Source: Akkermansiaceae bacterium
GTDB taxonomy: Bacteria > Verrucomicrobiota > Verrucomicrobiia > Verrucomicrobiales > DEV007
Assembly (NCBI GenBank): GCA_024233005.1
Contig: JACKQE010000003.1
Coordinates: 219,434-283,433 of the forward strand
Direction of reading: 5' to 3'
Length of the DNA stretch: 64,000 nt
This document shows positions 28,781 through 38,686 of this stretch, piece after piece. The notes beneath the pieces were generated by a model, which searched no databases, was not told the DNA's origin, and was given only the letters and a program-made list of their open reading frames with translations. The stretch's first letter is position 1; each line of letters begins with the position of its first letter. The position numbers and the translations under genes are program-made.

Positions 28781-31700
28781 TTGCACCATCCAACCATGAA
28801 ATTGATCCTCTCCGCAATGCCGCAAGCATTGTTCTACCCAGTCGTGTTCCTGCTTCCGACTGCCGCGGTGAAATCCGACGAGGGAAGCGCTTTCTTCGAA
28901 TCGAAAATCCGTCCGATTCTCATTGAAAGCTGCTACGACTGCCACAGTGCCGAGGGGAAGCACAAGGGGGGATTGTCTCTCGACACGAAGGAAGGCGTGC
29001 TCAAAGGTGGTGAGACCGGCGCGGCGGTGGTGCCCGGCGACACGGCGAAAAGTTTGCTGCTGACGGCGGTGCGCCATACCGATCCCGACCTTGCGATGCC
29101 GCCGAAGAAAAAACTCAGCGATGCCCAGATCGCCGATCTGGAACGCTGGGTGGTCATGGGAGCCCCTGACCCCCGCTCCGGCGCCAAGCCAGCGACGAAA
29201 CTGGAGGAACATTTCGCCACCGCCAAAACGCACTGGTCCTTCCAGAAAGTCATCCAACCGGCAGTGCCCGCCGTGCCCGGAGCCACGCACCCGATCGATG
29301 CCTTCATCCGTGAAAAACTCGCGTCCGCCAAGCTCTCGCCTTCTCCGAAAGCGGATGCCCGCACCCTGATCCGTCGCGTCTCTTTCGATCTCACCGGGTT
29401 GCCGCCGTCACCGGAGGAAGTGGAGTCCTTTGCCAAAGCGCACGCCCAAAACCCCGACAGGGCCTTCCAGGATCTTGTCGAAACGCTTCTCGCCTCTCCG
29501 CATTATGGGGAACGCTGGGGACGCCACTGGCTCGACGTGGCCCGGTATGCCGACAACATGGGCTCGATCTACAACGGGGACGACAGCTACCCGTATGCCT
29601 TCACCTACCGGGATTATGTGGTCCGCTCCTTCAACGAGGACAAACCCTACGATCTTTTCCTGCGCGAACAACTCGCCGCCGATCTGCTCCCCGGTGCCGA
29701 TCCCCGGGACAACTCACGGCTTGCCGCCCTGGGCTTTCTGAATCTGGGAAGACGCTATGACCGCAAGGTGGACGACAACAACATTGACGACCGCATCGAC
29801 CTCATTTCCCGGGGCCTGCTCGGTCTGACCGCAGGTTGCGCCCGCTGCCACGACCACAAGCTGGAGCCCATTCCCACGAAGGACTATTACGCGCTTTACG
29901 GCATCTTCAAAAGCTGTGCCGAGCCGGCCATCTATCCGGTGCTGCTCCCCCAGCCCGTCAGCCCCGAAAGCGCGGCTTACGATGCTGAAAACCGGAAGGC
30001 GCGCACGGCCTACAGCACCGCGAGCATCGCGGCCGCCAACGCTGCCTCCGCGCAGGCACGAAGCCGGGTGGGCGACTATCTCATGACGGCGGAGCAGTCC
30101 GGTTGGAAAACCCACTATGATAACAAGGGCATCATGGATGTGATCACCCAGCGAAAGCTTCAGGGTGACCTGCACAACGCGATGACCCGCGCCCGAAAAT
30201 CCTGGATCGAAGCGCATCCCGAAGTGTTCGGTCCCTTTCTGGAGTTCATCACCGGCAATCCGTTGGAACCCAAGCCGGTCCTCCACCCTCTGGTGGCCAA
30301 AGCTTTCGCCACGCCCGCAACCACCCTGGAGGAGTTTGCGGCGCGCTACAACGGGCTCTTTGCGGATATCGACGGAGACTGGCGAAAACTCGCCGAAGGC
30401 CCCCTGCAGCAAGCGGCCAAGTTGCAGGAAGCGGACCTCGATCCTCCGGTGGACAAGCTCGCCACCCAGTCCATCGCCCGAATGGACGCAGTGGAGAACA
30501 CCCTGCCGTTGCCCGATGCGGACCGCGAGGCTCTGCGTCAAATTCTCATCGCCAAAGACTCGCCGGTGAAGATCGCCCCGGAACGGTACTCCGTGGCGCG
30601 GCTGTTTCCGGAACCGGAAAAGAAGGAAATGGACAAGCTCGCCAAACCGGTCACGGAGTTGACGAAACATCCCGGCGCGCCGGTGAGGGTCATGGCGCTG
30701 GAGGATACCAAACCGTATGATGCCAGGATTTTTCTGCGGGGAGATCCCAAAACACCGGGAGATCCCGCTCCGCGCGCCTTTTTCACCCTCCTGACACCGG
30801 AAGGAGCCGAGCCTTTCCCAAAGGACCGCAGCGGTCGGTTGGAACTCGCCAACGCCCTGGTGGACCCGATGAATCCTCTCACCGCCCGGGTCATCGTGAA
30901 CCGCGTCTGGCAGTGGCACTTCGGCGAGGGGTTGGTCCGGAGCACCAGTGACTTCGGTCTTCGGGGGACGCCTCCGACCCACCCCGCGCTTCTCGACTGG
31001 CTTGCCTCCCGGTTCGTGGAGAGCGGTTGGAGTTTTAAAACGCTCCACCGGCTCATGCTTTCCAGTGAGACCTGGCAACAGGACAGCCGTCCCCGCGCAG
31101 ACCTTGCCAAAACGGATCCCGACAATGCCCTCTGGGGACGCTCTCTGGCGAGGCCCCTTGAGTTCGAGCCCTTCCGGGACGCCCTGCTCAGTGTGGCCGG
31201 GGTGCTCGAAGAACACCTCGAGGGCAAGCCGACCGATTTGCTCAAGGAAGCATCATTACGGCGAACGATTTATGCAACGGTGGACCGAAAAACCCTGCCG
31301 GGACTTTTCCGCAGTTTCGATTTCCCCGATCCCAACTTCACCGCCGCCGGCCGCGGACGCACCGCCCTGACCCCGCAGGCCCTCTACCTGCTGAACAGCG
31401 CCACGGTGGTCGACCGGGCGCGTGACCTGGCCCGGCAGGTGCGCCCCGATTCTCCGTCTGGAAATGCCGGAGGCATCCGCGAGCTTTACCGCAAAGTCTT
31501 CCAGAGGCTTCCCGGAGAGAAAGAACTGGCCCGGGCGGAAGCTTTTGTGTCCCAGCATCCCGAGCATGACGTCGTCATGCCCGAAGTAACCGACTGGACC
31601 TACGGGTTTGGTGAATTCGACGCCACAACCCATACCATCGCCCATTTCACCCCGTTGCAGTTCGCCGGGGATGTCGTCAAAGGAGGCAAGGTCGGCGACC

Positions 31701-32185
31701 AGGACACCACCGGTTTGGAGTTCAATGCCCAGGGAGGTCAGCCCGCAGCGGGGATGGCCGCGGCGGTGCGTCGCTGGACCGCTCCCCGGGACGGCACGCT
31801 CACCATCTATGCAGAACTGCTCCACCAGAGCAAGGAAGGGGACGGCGTCGTTTGCCGGATTCTCTCCAGCCGGGACGGACTGCTTGGAGAGTGGACCGCC
31901 ATCAATCAATCCATCCTGACTACCCTGGATGATGTGAAGGTGAAGAAAGGGGACACGCTGGATTTTGCCGCCCTCTGCCGGAACGATCCCAAATCCGACA
32001 CCTACCAATGGGCGCCGACCATCACCATGACCACGGCGGAAATGCCCGGGATGAGCGGCATGGCGATGCGGTGGGATGCCCGCTCGAATTTCCTCAATCC
32101 GGCCAAAATGCCCGAGCCCTTGGGTGCCTGGGAAGAGTTGGCGCAGGTGCTGCTGCTTTCCAACGAATTCATCTTCGTGGAGTGA
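28781..32185 (+). CDS. PSCyt1/DUF1549/DUF1553 family secreted protein with about 190-aa C-terminal insertion
   Basis: CYDCH at 28931..28945, [29 protein letters not shown], and the terminal VLLLSNEFIFVE. An alternative start is ATG 28796 (MKLILSA...). An unassigned region encoded by about 31563..32140 precedes the terminal helix. Confidence 0.8.
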   Translation: MHHPTMKLILSAMPQALFYPVVFLLPTAAVKSDEGSAFFESKIRPILIESCYDCHSAEGKHKGGLSLDTKEGVLKGGETGAAVVPGDTAKSLLLTAVRHTDPDLAMPPKKKLSDAQIADLERWVVMGAPDPRSGAKPATKLEEHFATAKTHWSFQKVIQPAVPAVPGATHPIDAFIREKLASAKLSPSPKADARTLIRRVSFDLTGLPPSPEEVESFAKAHAQNPDRAFQDLVETLLASPHYGERWGRHWLDVARYADNMGSIYNGDDSYPYAFTYRDYVVRSFNEDKPYDLFLREQLAADLLPGADPRDNSRLAALGFLNLGRRYDRKVDDNNIDDRIDLISRGLLGLTAGCARCHDHKLEPIPTKDYYALYGIFKSCAEPAIYPVLLPQPVSPESAAYDAENRKARTAYSTASIAAANAASAQARSRVGDYLMTAEQSGWKTHYDNKGIMDVITQRKLQGDLHNAMTRARKSWIEAHPEVFGPFLEFITGNPLEPKPVLHPLVAKAFATPATTLEEFAARYNGLFADIDGDWRKLAEGPLQQAAKLQEADLDPPVDKLATQSIARMDAVENTLPLPDADREALRQILIAKDSPVKIAPERYSVARLFPEPEKKEMDKLAKPVTELTKHPGAPVRVMALEDTKPYDARIFLRGDPKTPGDPAPRAFFTLLTPEGAEPFPKDRSGRLELANALVDPMNPLTARVIVNRVWQWHFGEGLVRSTSDFGLRGTPPTHPALLDWLASRFVESGWSFKTLHRLMLSSETWQQDSRPRADLAKTDPDNALWGRSLARPLEFEPFRDALLSVAGVLEEHLEGKPTDLLKEASLRRTIYATVDRKTLPGLFRSFDFPDPNFTAAGRGRTALTPQALYLLNSATVVDRARDLARQVRPDSPSGNAGGIRELYRKVFQRLPGEKELARAEAFVSQHPEHDVVMPEVTDWTYGFGEFDATTHTIAHFTPLQFAGDVVKGGKVGDQDTTGLEFNAQGGQPAAGMAAAVRRWTAPRDGTLTIYAELLHQSKEGDGVVCRILSSRDGLLGEWTAINQSILTTLDDVKVKKGDTLDFAALCRNDPKSDTYQWAPTITMTTAEMPGMSGMAMRWDARSNFLNPAKMPEPLGAWEELAQVLLLSNEFIFVE

Positions 32186-32223
32186 AACGCTGCCCGGGGC
32201 GAGCCGGCAGCCGGTCTGGCAGG

Positions 32224-33258
32224 TCAAACGCCAATCGAATTCTGGTACGCGTTGAGCGGGACGGTCGCCTTATCCGCCACGTTCACCCAGACATGGACGT
32301 GCGGCCTCCCCCGGAAGTACCAGACGAAGGAGGGGCCCTCGAGGCGCCAATTGTCATAGATGCCGTCGTTCCCCAGATCGCCTTCCGCATAAAATGCGAG
32401 ATGGCATTCATCCAACCCGCCCTGAGCGGCGAGGCACTTCACGACTTCATCACGGTCGGACTGGCGGAATGGTTCCAGCAATAGTCTGAGGATCCGCTGG
32501 ACCTCACCTTTCTGGTCAGCCGACAAGGCGGCCACGGGACAGCCTTGGAAGGCTCCGCCTTTTCCTTTGAATCCGACGAGTTCCTCCGATGGCATGCCAT
32601 GGGTCACCAAAGCCGCTTTCCGGTGCGCGGGATCGAGCGCGCCGTAGAGTCTGTTGGCCTCGATTGCCTGGTGCCAGAAGACATTGTTCGGATGTCCTGG
32701 CTTTTCGTAAAGTCGCTCCCCTTCATGGGCATAGAGAATGGGTCCACCAAAAGCCACGTGCTCCGCGCTGTCGCCGTCGCACCGGAGCGTCATGTGACGG
32801 CTCGCGAGGACAAACTCGAATTTTCCCGTGTCCGGCTCCCCGAAAAGGGCGATGGATTGCCGCTTGCCGAAGCCGCCGACATCATCCTTGAGCTGCTGGT
32901 CGAAGCGGGCGTGCCAGTCCGGGTGGGTCATTCCCTCGAAGATGGCCCGGATCAGGGCCTGTTGATCCTTGTCGAAAAAATCGCCCGCGATGGTTGGCTT
33001 GGTGATGGTCCAGTTGTTTTCGAGGCGCGTGCGGAGCAGACCGCGCTCCGGATCAATGTGATCCCAAGGAAAGCAGATGGCCTTGCGCTGCGCATCATTG
33101 AGTCCCTGGTAAAGGAGTTTGACGAGAGATTCCGGCGATGAACCGGAACCGGTTGCAAAGGCACCCCCCGGAGCACAAAGAGCGGATATTCCCGCGGCCC
33201 CCGCCCGAAGAAGGAAGTCACGTCGTTTCAGGCGGTCACATTGGTTCATGCCGGCCAT
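32224..33258 (-). CDS. Tat-signal secreted protein, possibly DUF3500-like
   Basis: RRDFLLRAGAAGISALCAPGGAFA is a twin-arginine signal. WRLEGPSFVWYFRGRPHVHVWVNV loosely recalls DUF3500 proteins. The family call is weak. Confidence 0.4.
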   Translation of the reverse strand: MAGMNQCDRLKRRDFLLRAGAAGISALCAPGGAFATGSGSSPESLVKLLYQGLNDAQRKAICFPWDHIDPERGLLRTRLENNWTITKPTIAGDFFDKDQQALIRAIFEGMTHPDWHARFDQQLKDDVGGFGKRQSIALFGEPDTGKFEFVLASRHMTLRCDGDSAEHVAFGGPILYAHEGERLYEKPGHPNNVFWHQAIEANRLYGALDPAHRKAALVTHGMPSEELVGFKGKGGAFQGCPVAALSADQKGEVQRILRLLLEPFRQSDRDEVVKCLAAQGGLDECHLAFYAEGDLGNDGIYDNWRLEGPSFVWYFRGRPHVHVWVNVADKATVPLNAYQNSIGV

Positions 33259-33327
33259 CCTAGAGGAATCCTCGGAACGGGGGAATCACCCAATCACGCC
33301 CCCCGCCTGAACCCTGTTCCAAACGCC

Positions 33328-34392
33328 TCAGGCAGTGCGGCGCTTCCACGCCTCCACGATCTGACCGATGGTCTCCTCCAAGCTGACACTGATGTCCCAG
33401 GAGGGGTAATGGTCGCGCATTTTGCGCAGATCGGAGTAATAAACGATGTGGTCGCCGATGCGGTTTTCATCGACATACTGGTATTTCATGGACTGGCCAC
33501 TGAAGCTCTCCGCGATCGTGAAGGCCTCCAGAATGGAGCAGGAATTGGCCTTGCCCCCACCGATGTTGTAGACCTCACCGCACCTCGGGGCCTCAATGAA
33601 GGCCGCAATGAACCGGGCCACGTCCAGGCTGTGAATGTTGTCGCGGACCTGCTTGCCTTTGTAGCCGAAGACCCGGTATTCACGGCCTTCGAGATTGCAT
33701 TTGACGAGGAAACTAAGAAATCCATGCAGTTCGACCCCCGTGTGATTCGGACCGGTCAGGCAGCCTCCGCGAAGGCAGCAGGTTGGCAGGCCGAAATAGC
33801 GTCCGTATTCCTGCACCATGACATCGGCCGCCACCTTGGAAGCGCCGAAAAGCGAATGTTTCGACTGGTCGATGGAAAAGTCCTCGGCGATGCCGTGTTC
33901 AAAAGCCGAATCGGCATAGTCCCACCTCGTATCGAGCTCCTTCAGGGCGATGGTGTTGGGACGGTCGCCGTAGACCTTGTTGGTGGACATATGGACGAAA
34001 GGCGACTCCGGGCAGGCGCGTCGAGTGGCCTCGAGCATGTTGAGAGTCCCCACGGCATTGGTGTCGAAATCATCAAAAGGGATCGCGGCGGCACGGTCAT
34101 GACTGGGCTGGGCCGCAGTGTGGACGATGGCGTCGGGTCGAACCGTTTCGAGTAGCGAAAGCACTCCCGCGCGATCGCGAATGTCGACTTCATGGTGGGT
34201 GAATTCCTGAAGACTTCCTTCCAGGCGCCGTTGATTCCAACGGGTGTCGCCGGCTTCGCCGAAAAAGACCGCGCGTTGGTTGTTGTCGACACCATGGATG
34301 GCCCACCCCTTGGTGGCGAAATACTCACACACTTCGGAGCCGATGAGTCCGGAAGATCCGGTGACAAGCAATTTGCGGGGCTGTTTCTGCAT
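33328..34392 (-). CDS. NAD-dependent epimerase/dehydratase (extended SDR)
   Basis: [12 protein letters not shown] Rossmann motif, [17 protein letters not shown], and LFGASK at the YxxxK position. About 354 aa, resembling CDP-paratose-2-epimerase-like SDRs. Confidence 0.75.
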   Translation of the reverse strand: MQKQPRKLLVTGSSGLIGSEVCEYFATKGWAIHGVDNNQRAVFFGEAGDTRWNQRRLEGSLQEFTHHEVDIRDRAGVLSLLETVRPDAIVHTAAQPSHDRAAAIPFDDFDTNAVGTLNMLEATRRACPESPFVHMSTNKVYGDRPNTIALKELDTRWDYADSAFEHGIAEDFSIDQSKHSLFGASKVAADVMVQEYGRYFGLPTCCLRGGCLTGPNHTGVELHGFLSFLVKCNLEGREYRVFGYKGKQVRDNIHSLDVARFIAAFIEAPRCGEVYNIGGGKANSCSILEAFTIAESFSGQSMKYQYVDENRIGDHIVYYSDLRKMRDHYPSWDISVSLEETIGQIVEAWKRRTA

Positions 34393-34489
34393 AAAAAATT
34401 GGATCGGGGGGGGATTGTGAAATGACGCCTACTGTAAAATGAAACCAAACCTTTGCCAGCGACTTCGACCAAAGTCTGATGGCCAAAAC

Positions 34490-35872
34490 TCAGACCAGGA
34501 CACTACCCACCGGGGCGATTCCGACCCCGCCGGGTTCATGAATTTCCCGCACCGAGCGTCTCACTAGAACCGGGTAAATGGCACTCCCCACCAGGGCCAA
34601 TGAAACCACCATGGTCCAGAGGATGCGGGTCACATCGGCGCCCTGGGAACTGGCCCAGGCCACGGTCAAGAGCACGACCAGGGCCTCCACCGCCGTCACC
34701 GCGGCCGATGCGGCGACCTTGCCGAGCCCGTAGAGCAACATGTGATTCACATGCCTCCAGATATGGACGAGAAAGTAGACGGAAAATGCCAACAGACCGA
34801 AGCGGTCGAGCTGAAATTCCTTGCCCGCCCAAAGCGGCAGCGCCCACGGGCCCAGGGTGACCAAACCGATGCCCACGGCAACAGCAAACGCGGGACCGAT
34901 CAATTGCAGCCGGTGCGCCATCTTCTGGATCCAGGCAACATCCCCGCGCTCCTTGGCATCCACCAGGGCCGGCCAGGCGGGAATGGTGAGCATCTGGATG
35001 ACGCCGGTGAGCGACATGTGGAGGGTGACGAGCACGGCGAAGACCCCGGCGGCCGCCGGTCCCGTGAGTCGTCCGATGAGATAGGAAGCGGCATTGTATT
35101 CCGCCAGAGCATTGAGCGCCCCCACCGTGAAGAGGGCTCCGTCATGGACCAGGGGTTTCACCAGTTCGCGCCTAAAGCCCGAAAATGAAGGGATCAGGTA
35201 GGGACGACGACGCATCAGGTGAACGGCATTGCAGAGCTTGCCAAGAGCGGCGGATCCGTTGATGGCGAGCACGAGGAATTCAATGGTGGGAAAGAACCAG
35301 ATGCCGGAGGCCAGAACGATGGCTCCGAGAAAGTTGCCGCCCGCGCCCCAGGCATTGTTGTAGCGCGTTTCGAGATAGCCGTCCCTCGCCTTGTCACTGA
35401 CCATGGAGATCAGCTGGATGGAGATGACGATGATGGCGATGGTGCAGGCCCGGTGAATGGGATCGGCATAGGGCAGAAACTTCTCCCCAAAGAGCGTCCC
35501 GACCGGCAGGAAATACAAGAGGCAGGCGAGGACGGTGGCAATCAGCAGAGTGAGTCCGGAGCTGATGAGAAACGCCGTGACGAACACCGCGCGCTCCCGT
35601 TCACGATCCCCGGTCGCCGCGGCCCGGGAAATGGCCTGGGTCAATGCCGGACCGATGCCGACATGGAAGGTGTCAATCAGTGCCACAGCCATCGTGATGG
35701 TGGCGTAGACGCCGAATTCCTCCATCCCCAGAACCCGGATGGCGATGGGAATGGAAACCAGGCGCAGAATCACCGTCCCCAGCTTGGAGAACAATGACGT
35801 CACCACGGCAAGGCGGATCGAGCGGTTCCGTCGATGGGCGTCCTCTTGGCGGACCTCGCTCATGCGAACCAA
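34490..35872 (-). CDS. Oligosaccharide/polysaccharide flippase (Wzx/MOP superfamily)
   Basis: 460 aa with about 12-14 hydrophobic helices. The N-terminal SLFSKLGTVILRLVSIPIAIRVLGMEEFGVY is typical of polysaccharide biosynthesis (PST) flippases. Confidence 0.65.
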   Translation of the reverse strand: MVRMSEVRQEDAHRRNRSIRLAVVTSLFSKLGTVILRLVSIPIAIRVLGMEEFGVYATITMAVALIDTFHVGIGPALTQAISRAAATGDRERERAVFVTAFLISSGLTLLIATVLACLLYFLPVGTLFGEKFLPYADPIHRACTIAIIVISIQLISMVSDKARDGYLETRYNNAWGAGGNFLGAIVLASGIWFFPTIEFLVLAINGSAALGKLCNAVHLMRRRPYLIPSFSGFRRELVKPLVHDGALFTVGALNALAEYNAASYLIGRLTGPAAAGVFAVLVTLHMSLTGVIQMLTIPAWPALVDAKERGDVAWIQKMAHRLQLIGPAFAVAVGIGLVTLGPWALPLWAGKEFQLDRFGLLAFSVYFLVHIWRHVNHMLLYGLGKVAASAAVTAVEALVVLLTVAWASSQGADVTRILWTMVVSLALVGSAIYPVLVRRSVREIHEPGGVGIAPVGSVLV

Positions 35873-35971
35873 ATCAGATGATGGGTTGGTGAAATGGGTG
35901 ATCTCATGCGGTCATTGATAGAGTCCTTTCCACAGGCCGGGGGATCAAGCGGCAATCTGTCACTGCGTCCC

Positions 35972-37078
35972 TCACTGCCCCGCGCTGATCGAGACTCCCG
36001 CGCCGTTGATGGCAGCGGCTCCCACGGCAGACAGGCCTTCCTGGACGGCCACAGCCTGGGCGGCGGTGACAAGGACCGTCTCGACGTATTCGTTGAGTTT
36101 ACTCCAGACGCCTTTCGGCACCCAGATGATGTCTCCGCCCTGGAGACGGACGTCGGATTTTCTGCCGGAAACAACGTCACGGTAGTTCACGACAGCGACT
36201 TTGGGGGTGTGCAGGGATCCCCGGATGATGAGGGCCTTGGTCACGACCGCGTCGCTTTTCGGACCTCCCACGGAGGCCAGAGCAGAGACCATCGAAAGAT
36301 CGCTGTCGAAGTAGACGGGACCGGGATTCATCACATGACCAAGGACATAGACAGCGCGGTGCTGTATGGAGGGAAGATAAACATAGTCCCCTCCCCTCAC
36401 ATAGACATTTTGCGACATGTCCCCCTCGTTGATGAGGGATTTGAAATTCACGGGAATCAACTTGCCCTTGCGGACCAGGATGGCCCGATCCAGATCCACG
36501 GGTTCCTGGGTATCGCCCTGGGCGTTGAGCTGTCCCGACTGAAGGCCTCCGGCCAGTGACAGAGCCTGGACAAGACTGGTGGGCCGGGTCACCGGGTAAG
36601 CCCCGGGCTTTCTCACCTGACCGAGGACCCAGAAACGCTGACTGTCGGCACTGGCGATATTCACGGTGACAACCGGCGCCGCGTAATTTGATTTCAGCTT
36701 TTCGGTGAGCAGATGGGAAATTTCCTTCAATGTTTTGCCCGTGACATTCACCCCGCCGGCCACATCATAATAGATCATCCCATCTGGCATGATAGTAATC
36801 TGGCTGCGGGAACTGGCCACTTCCGCGACTTCGATGTCCAGAACATCGCCGGGGCCGACCCGGTAGGGACCTCCGGCAGGTTTGAGATCTTCCGGGGTGA
36901 GCCGGGCCATGATGTCCACGCCGGTGAAATCAGGCTCCTCGCAATGGGTCCCCCCGGACCCGACAGACCCCGGCCCGGTGAGATCGATCGACCCGGGATC
37001 ACGGGCATCGAACTTCGACGGCAGGGAGCAGCCCGCGAGGAGACCGGAGAGAAGCAGAACGATACAGGTTGCCTTCAT
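35972..37078 (-). CDS. Polysaccharide export lipoprotein (Wza/Poly_export + SLBB domains)
   Basis: Lipobox LLAGCS, YRVGPGDVLDIEV (Poly_export motif), and repeated SLBB-like segments (GQVRKPGAYPV, GHVMNPGPVYF). Confidence 0.7.
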   Translation of the reverse strand: MKATCIVLLLSGLLAGCSLPSKFDARDPGSIDLTGPGSVGSGGTHCEEPDFTGVDIMARLTPEDLKPAGGPYRVGPGDVLDIEVAEVASSRSQITIMPDGMIYYDVAGGVNVTGKTLKEISHLLTEKLKSNYAAPVVTVNIASADSQRFWVLGQVRKPGAYPVTRPTSLVQALSLAGGLQSGQLNAQGDTQEPVDLDRAILVRKGKLIPVNFKSLINEGDMSQNVYVRGGDYVYLPSIQHRAVYVLGHVMNPGPVYFDSDLSMVSALASVGGPKSDAVVTKALIIRGSLHTPKVAVVNYRDVVSGRKSDVRLQGGDIIWVPKGVWSKLNEYVETVLVTAAQAVAVQEGLSAVGAAAINGAGVSISAGQ

Positions 37079-37105
37079 AAATGAGAGTCAGTCCAAAGGG
37101 GCCGG

Positions 37106-38686
37106 TTAACGCAGAGCCGGAATGGAGATGTATTGTTGGTTGACCCCTTCCGCCGTGACGGTCTGCATGAACGTTTTCAAAGCGGAGTCGAGCGCATGCT
37201 CGGCGACCACGAAAGGTCGTTTGCTAACGTAAATGATGTCGCGATTCTGGACCACCACGTCCGGGGACCGGCCATGTAAAATGTCGTTCACATCGATCAC
37301 CTGCGTCTCAGGATGATGGATGCTGCCGCGAACCAGGAGGACCCGTCCTCGCCAGGCATCGTCATTGTAACTTCCGGCCTCGGCGATGGCGCTCAGCACG
37401 GTGACCCGCGTCGGCATTTTGCGCCTACCCGGACGGTTCACCGCTCCCAGCACGTAGTATTCGTTCTTCAGGGCGGAGGCGATGAAAATGTAGTCATCGG
37501 GCTGCAGGAGGGCATTCTGATCGAAATCACCCTCGCGGTAGAGTTTCGCGAGATCCACATCCAGTTTTTGTCCGCCTCGCGAAACGAACGACCGTTCCAT
37601 ATCGGCAATCTCCACATTGGTGCTCCCCACCGATCCGACCTCCACGCCTTGCGCCGTGGCAAGGGCTTCGAGCACTGTCGTGGGGCGGGTCAGCGCAAAA
37701 GACCCCGGTTCACGAACCCGTCCGATGATGGTATACCGTTTGCTTCCCATGGACGCCGGGGAGACGACCACGCGCGGATCCTCATGATACTCCGCGAGTG
37801 AGATTTCGATGTCCTTGCGGAGTTCGTCCACAGTGCGGCCGGCCGCCTGAATACCGATGGCCTGGAGGTAGCTCACGGTGCCGTCCGGGGCCACGACTAT
37901 CCCGGACCTGGCAAGATCCGGCCGTTTAAACAAAGCGAGATTCAACACATCTCCTGCACCGAGGGTGTAGGCCTTCTGCCATTCCGGCGTTTTGGCGGGT
38001 TGCACCCGCTCTTCAAAAACGGGCTTGCGCTCAAAGGCGCGGCGCAAGATCTCACGCCTCATCTCATCACTCACCGGGCGGGAAGCGGAGCTTGGCGATG
38101 AAGGGATCATCGTTTCCACCGGCCGGGCGCGCAGAGGGGCTTCCGGAGGAGCCACTATGGTGTCCAAAGGAGTGGCCCTCGCCATCGGGAGGGCACTGGC
38201 GATCACTGGAGCAGAACTGGCGGGTTTTGCGATCATTGGGGAAGCGCTGGCTATCACCACCGGAGCGGAACTGGCGGGTTCCCTGGTCAGGTTGACCACG
38301 ATTTCCTCACTGTGCAGGGCACTGCCTCCGAGGAGAGGAGCCATTTGCTCCTGCGCTCCAGCTGGAATGGGGGGCGGAGGAATCTGGGTGACGGCAGTTG
38401 CCGGTGGGTTCGGTGACTTCGAAGCAGAAGGAGCTGAACCCTGTTTGAGTCCAGGCTGAGCCATCGCCACAAGATTGGAGTCCGTATGGTCCCCATCAGC
38501 TGATGGCAATGACGCAGCGTTCTTCGCGGGGGGTGCTTTTTGAAAGGATGCCTCCCGCGGAGGCACCGGCACAGGCATGGATTGAGAATGCCCCCAGCCC
38601 TTCAAAAGAAACAGCGATACCATTACCAATAGTGGTCCGCGCCCCAACAAACCACAATTGAAATATTTACCAGTATTGCAATACAT
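37106..38686 (-). CDS. Polysaccharide export protein paralogue with long Pro/Ala/Ser-rich N-terminal region
   Basis: YTLGAGDVLNLALF (Poly_export) plus SLBB-like GRVREPGSFAL and GAVNRPGRRKM. Roughly the first 200 aa are low complexity. The start is uncertain (ATG at 38686, 38704, 38623 or 38788). Confidence 0.65.
   Translation of the reverse strand: MYCNTGKYFNCGLLGRGPLLVMVSLFLLKGWGHSQSMPVPVPPREASFQKAPPAKNAASLPSADGDHTDSNLVAMAQPGLKQGSAPSASKSPNPPATAVTQIPPPPIPAGAQEQMAPLLGGSALHSEEIVVNLTREPASSAPVVIASASPMIAKPASSAPVIASALPMARATPLDTIVAPPEAPLRARPVETMIPSSPSSASRPVSDEMRREILRRAFERKPVFEERVQPAKTPEWQKAYTLGAGDVLNLALFKRPDLARSGIVVAPDGTVSYLQAIGIQAAGRTVDELRKDIEISLAEYHEDPRVVVSPASMGSKRYTIIGRVREPGSFALTRPTTVLEALATAQGVEVGSVGSTNVEIADMERSFVSRGGQKLDVDLAKLYREGDFDQNALLQPDDYIFIASALKNEYYVLGAVNRPGRRKMPTRVTVLSAIAEAGSYNDDAWRGRVLLVRGSIHHPETQVIDVNDILHGRSPDVVVQNRDIIYVSKRPFVVAEHALDSALKTFMQTVTAEGVNQQYISIPALR
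38193..38280. repeat. Imperfect direct repeat, period about 51-54 nt, inside the export-protein N-terminal region
   Basis: gcactggcgatcactggagcagaactggcgggtt (38193..38226) against gcgctggctatcaccaccggagcggaactggcgggtt (38244..38280). Encodes PASSAPVVIASASPMIAK / PASSAPVIASALPMARAT. Confidence 0.6.

Noticed and set aside
32186-32223. Possible bidirectional terminator between convergent genes (ctgcc...ggcag).
   Set aside because: The stem is only 5 bp with a long loop and no T-tract. This is too weak to call.
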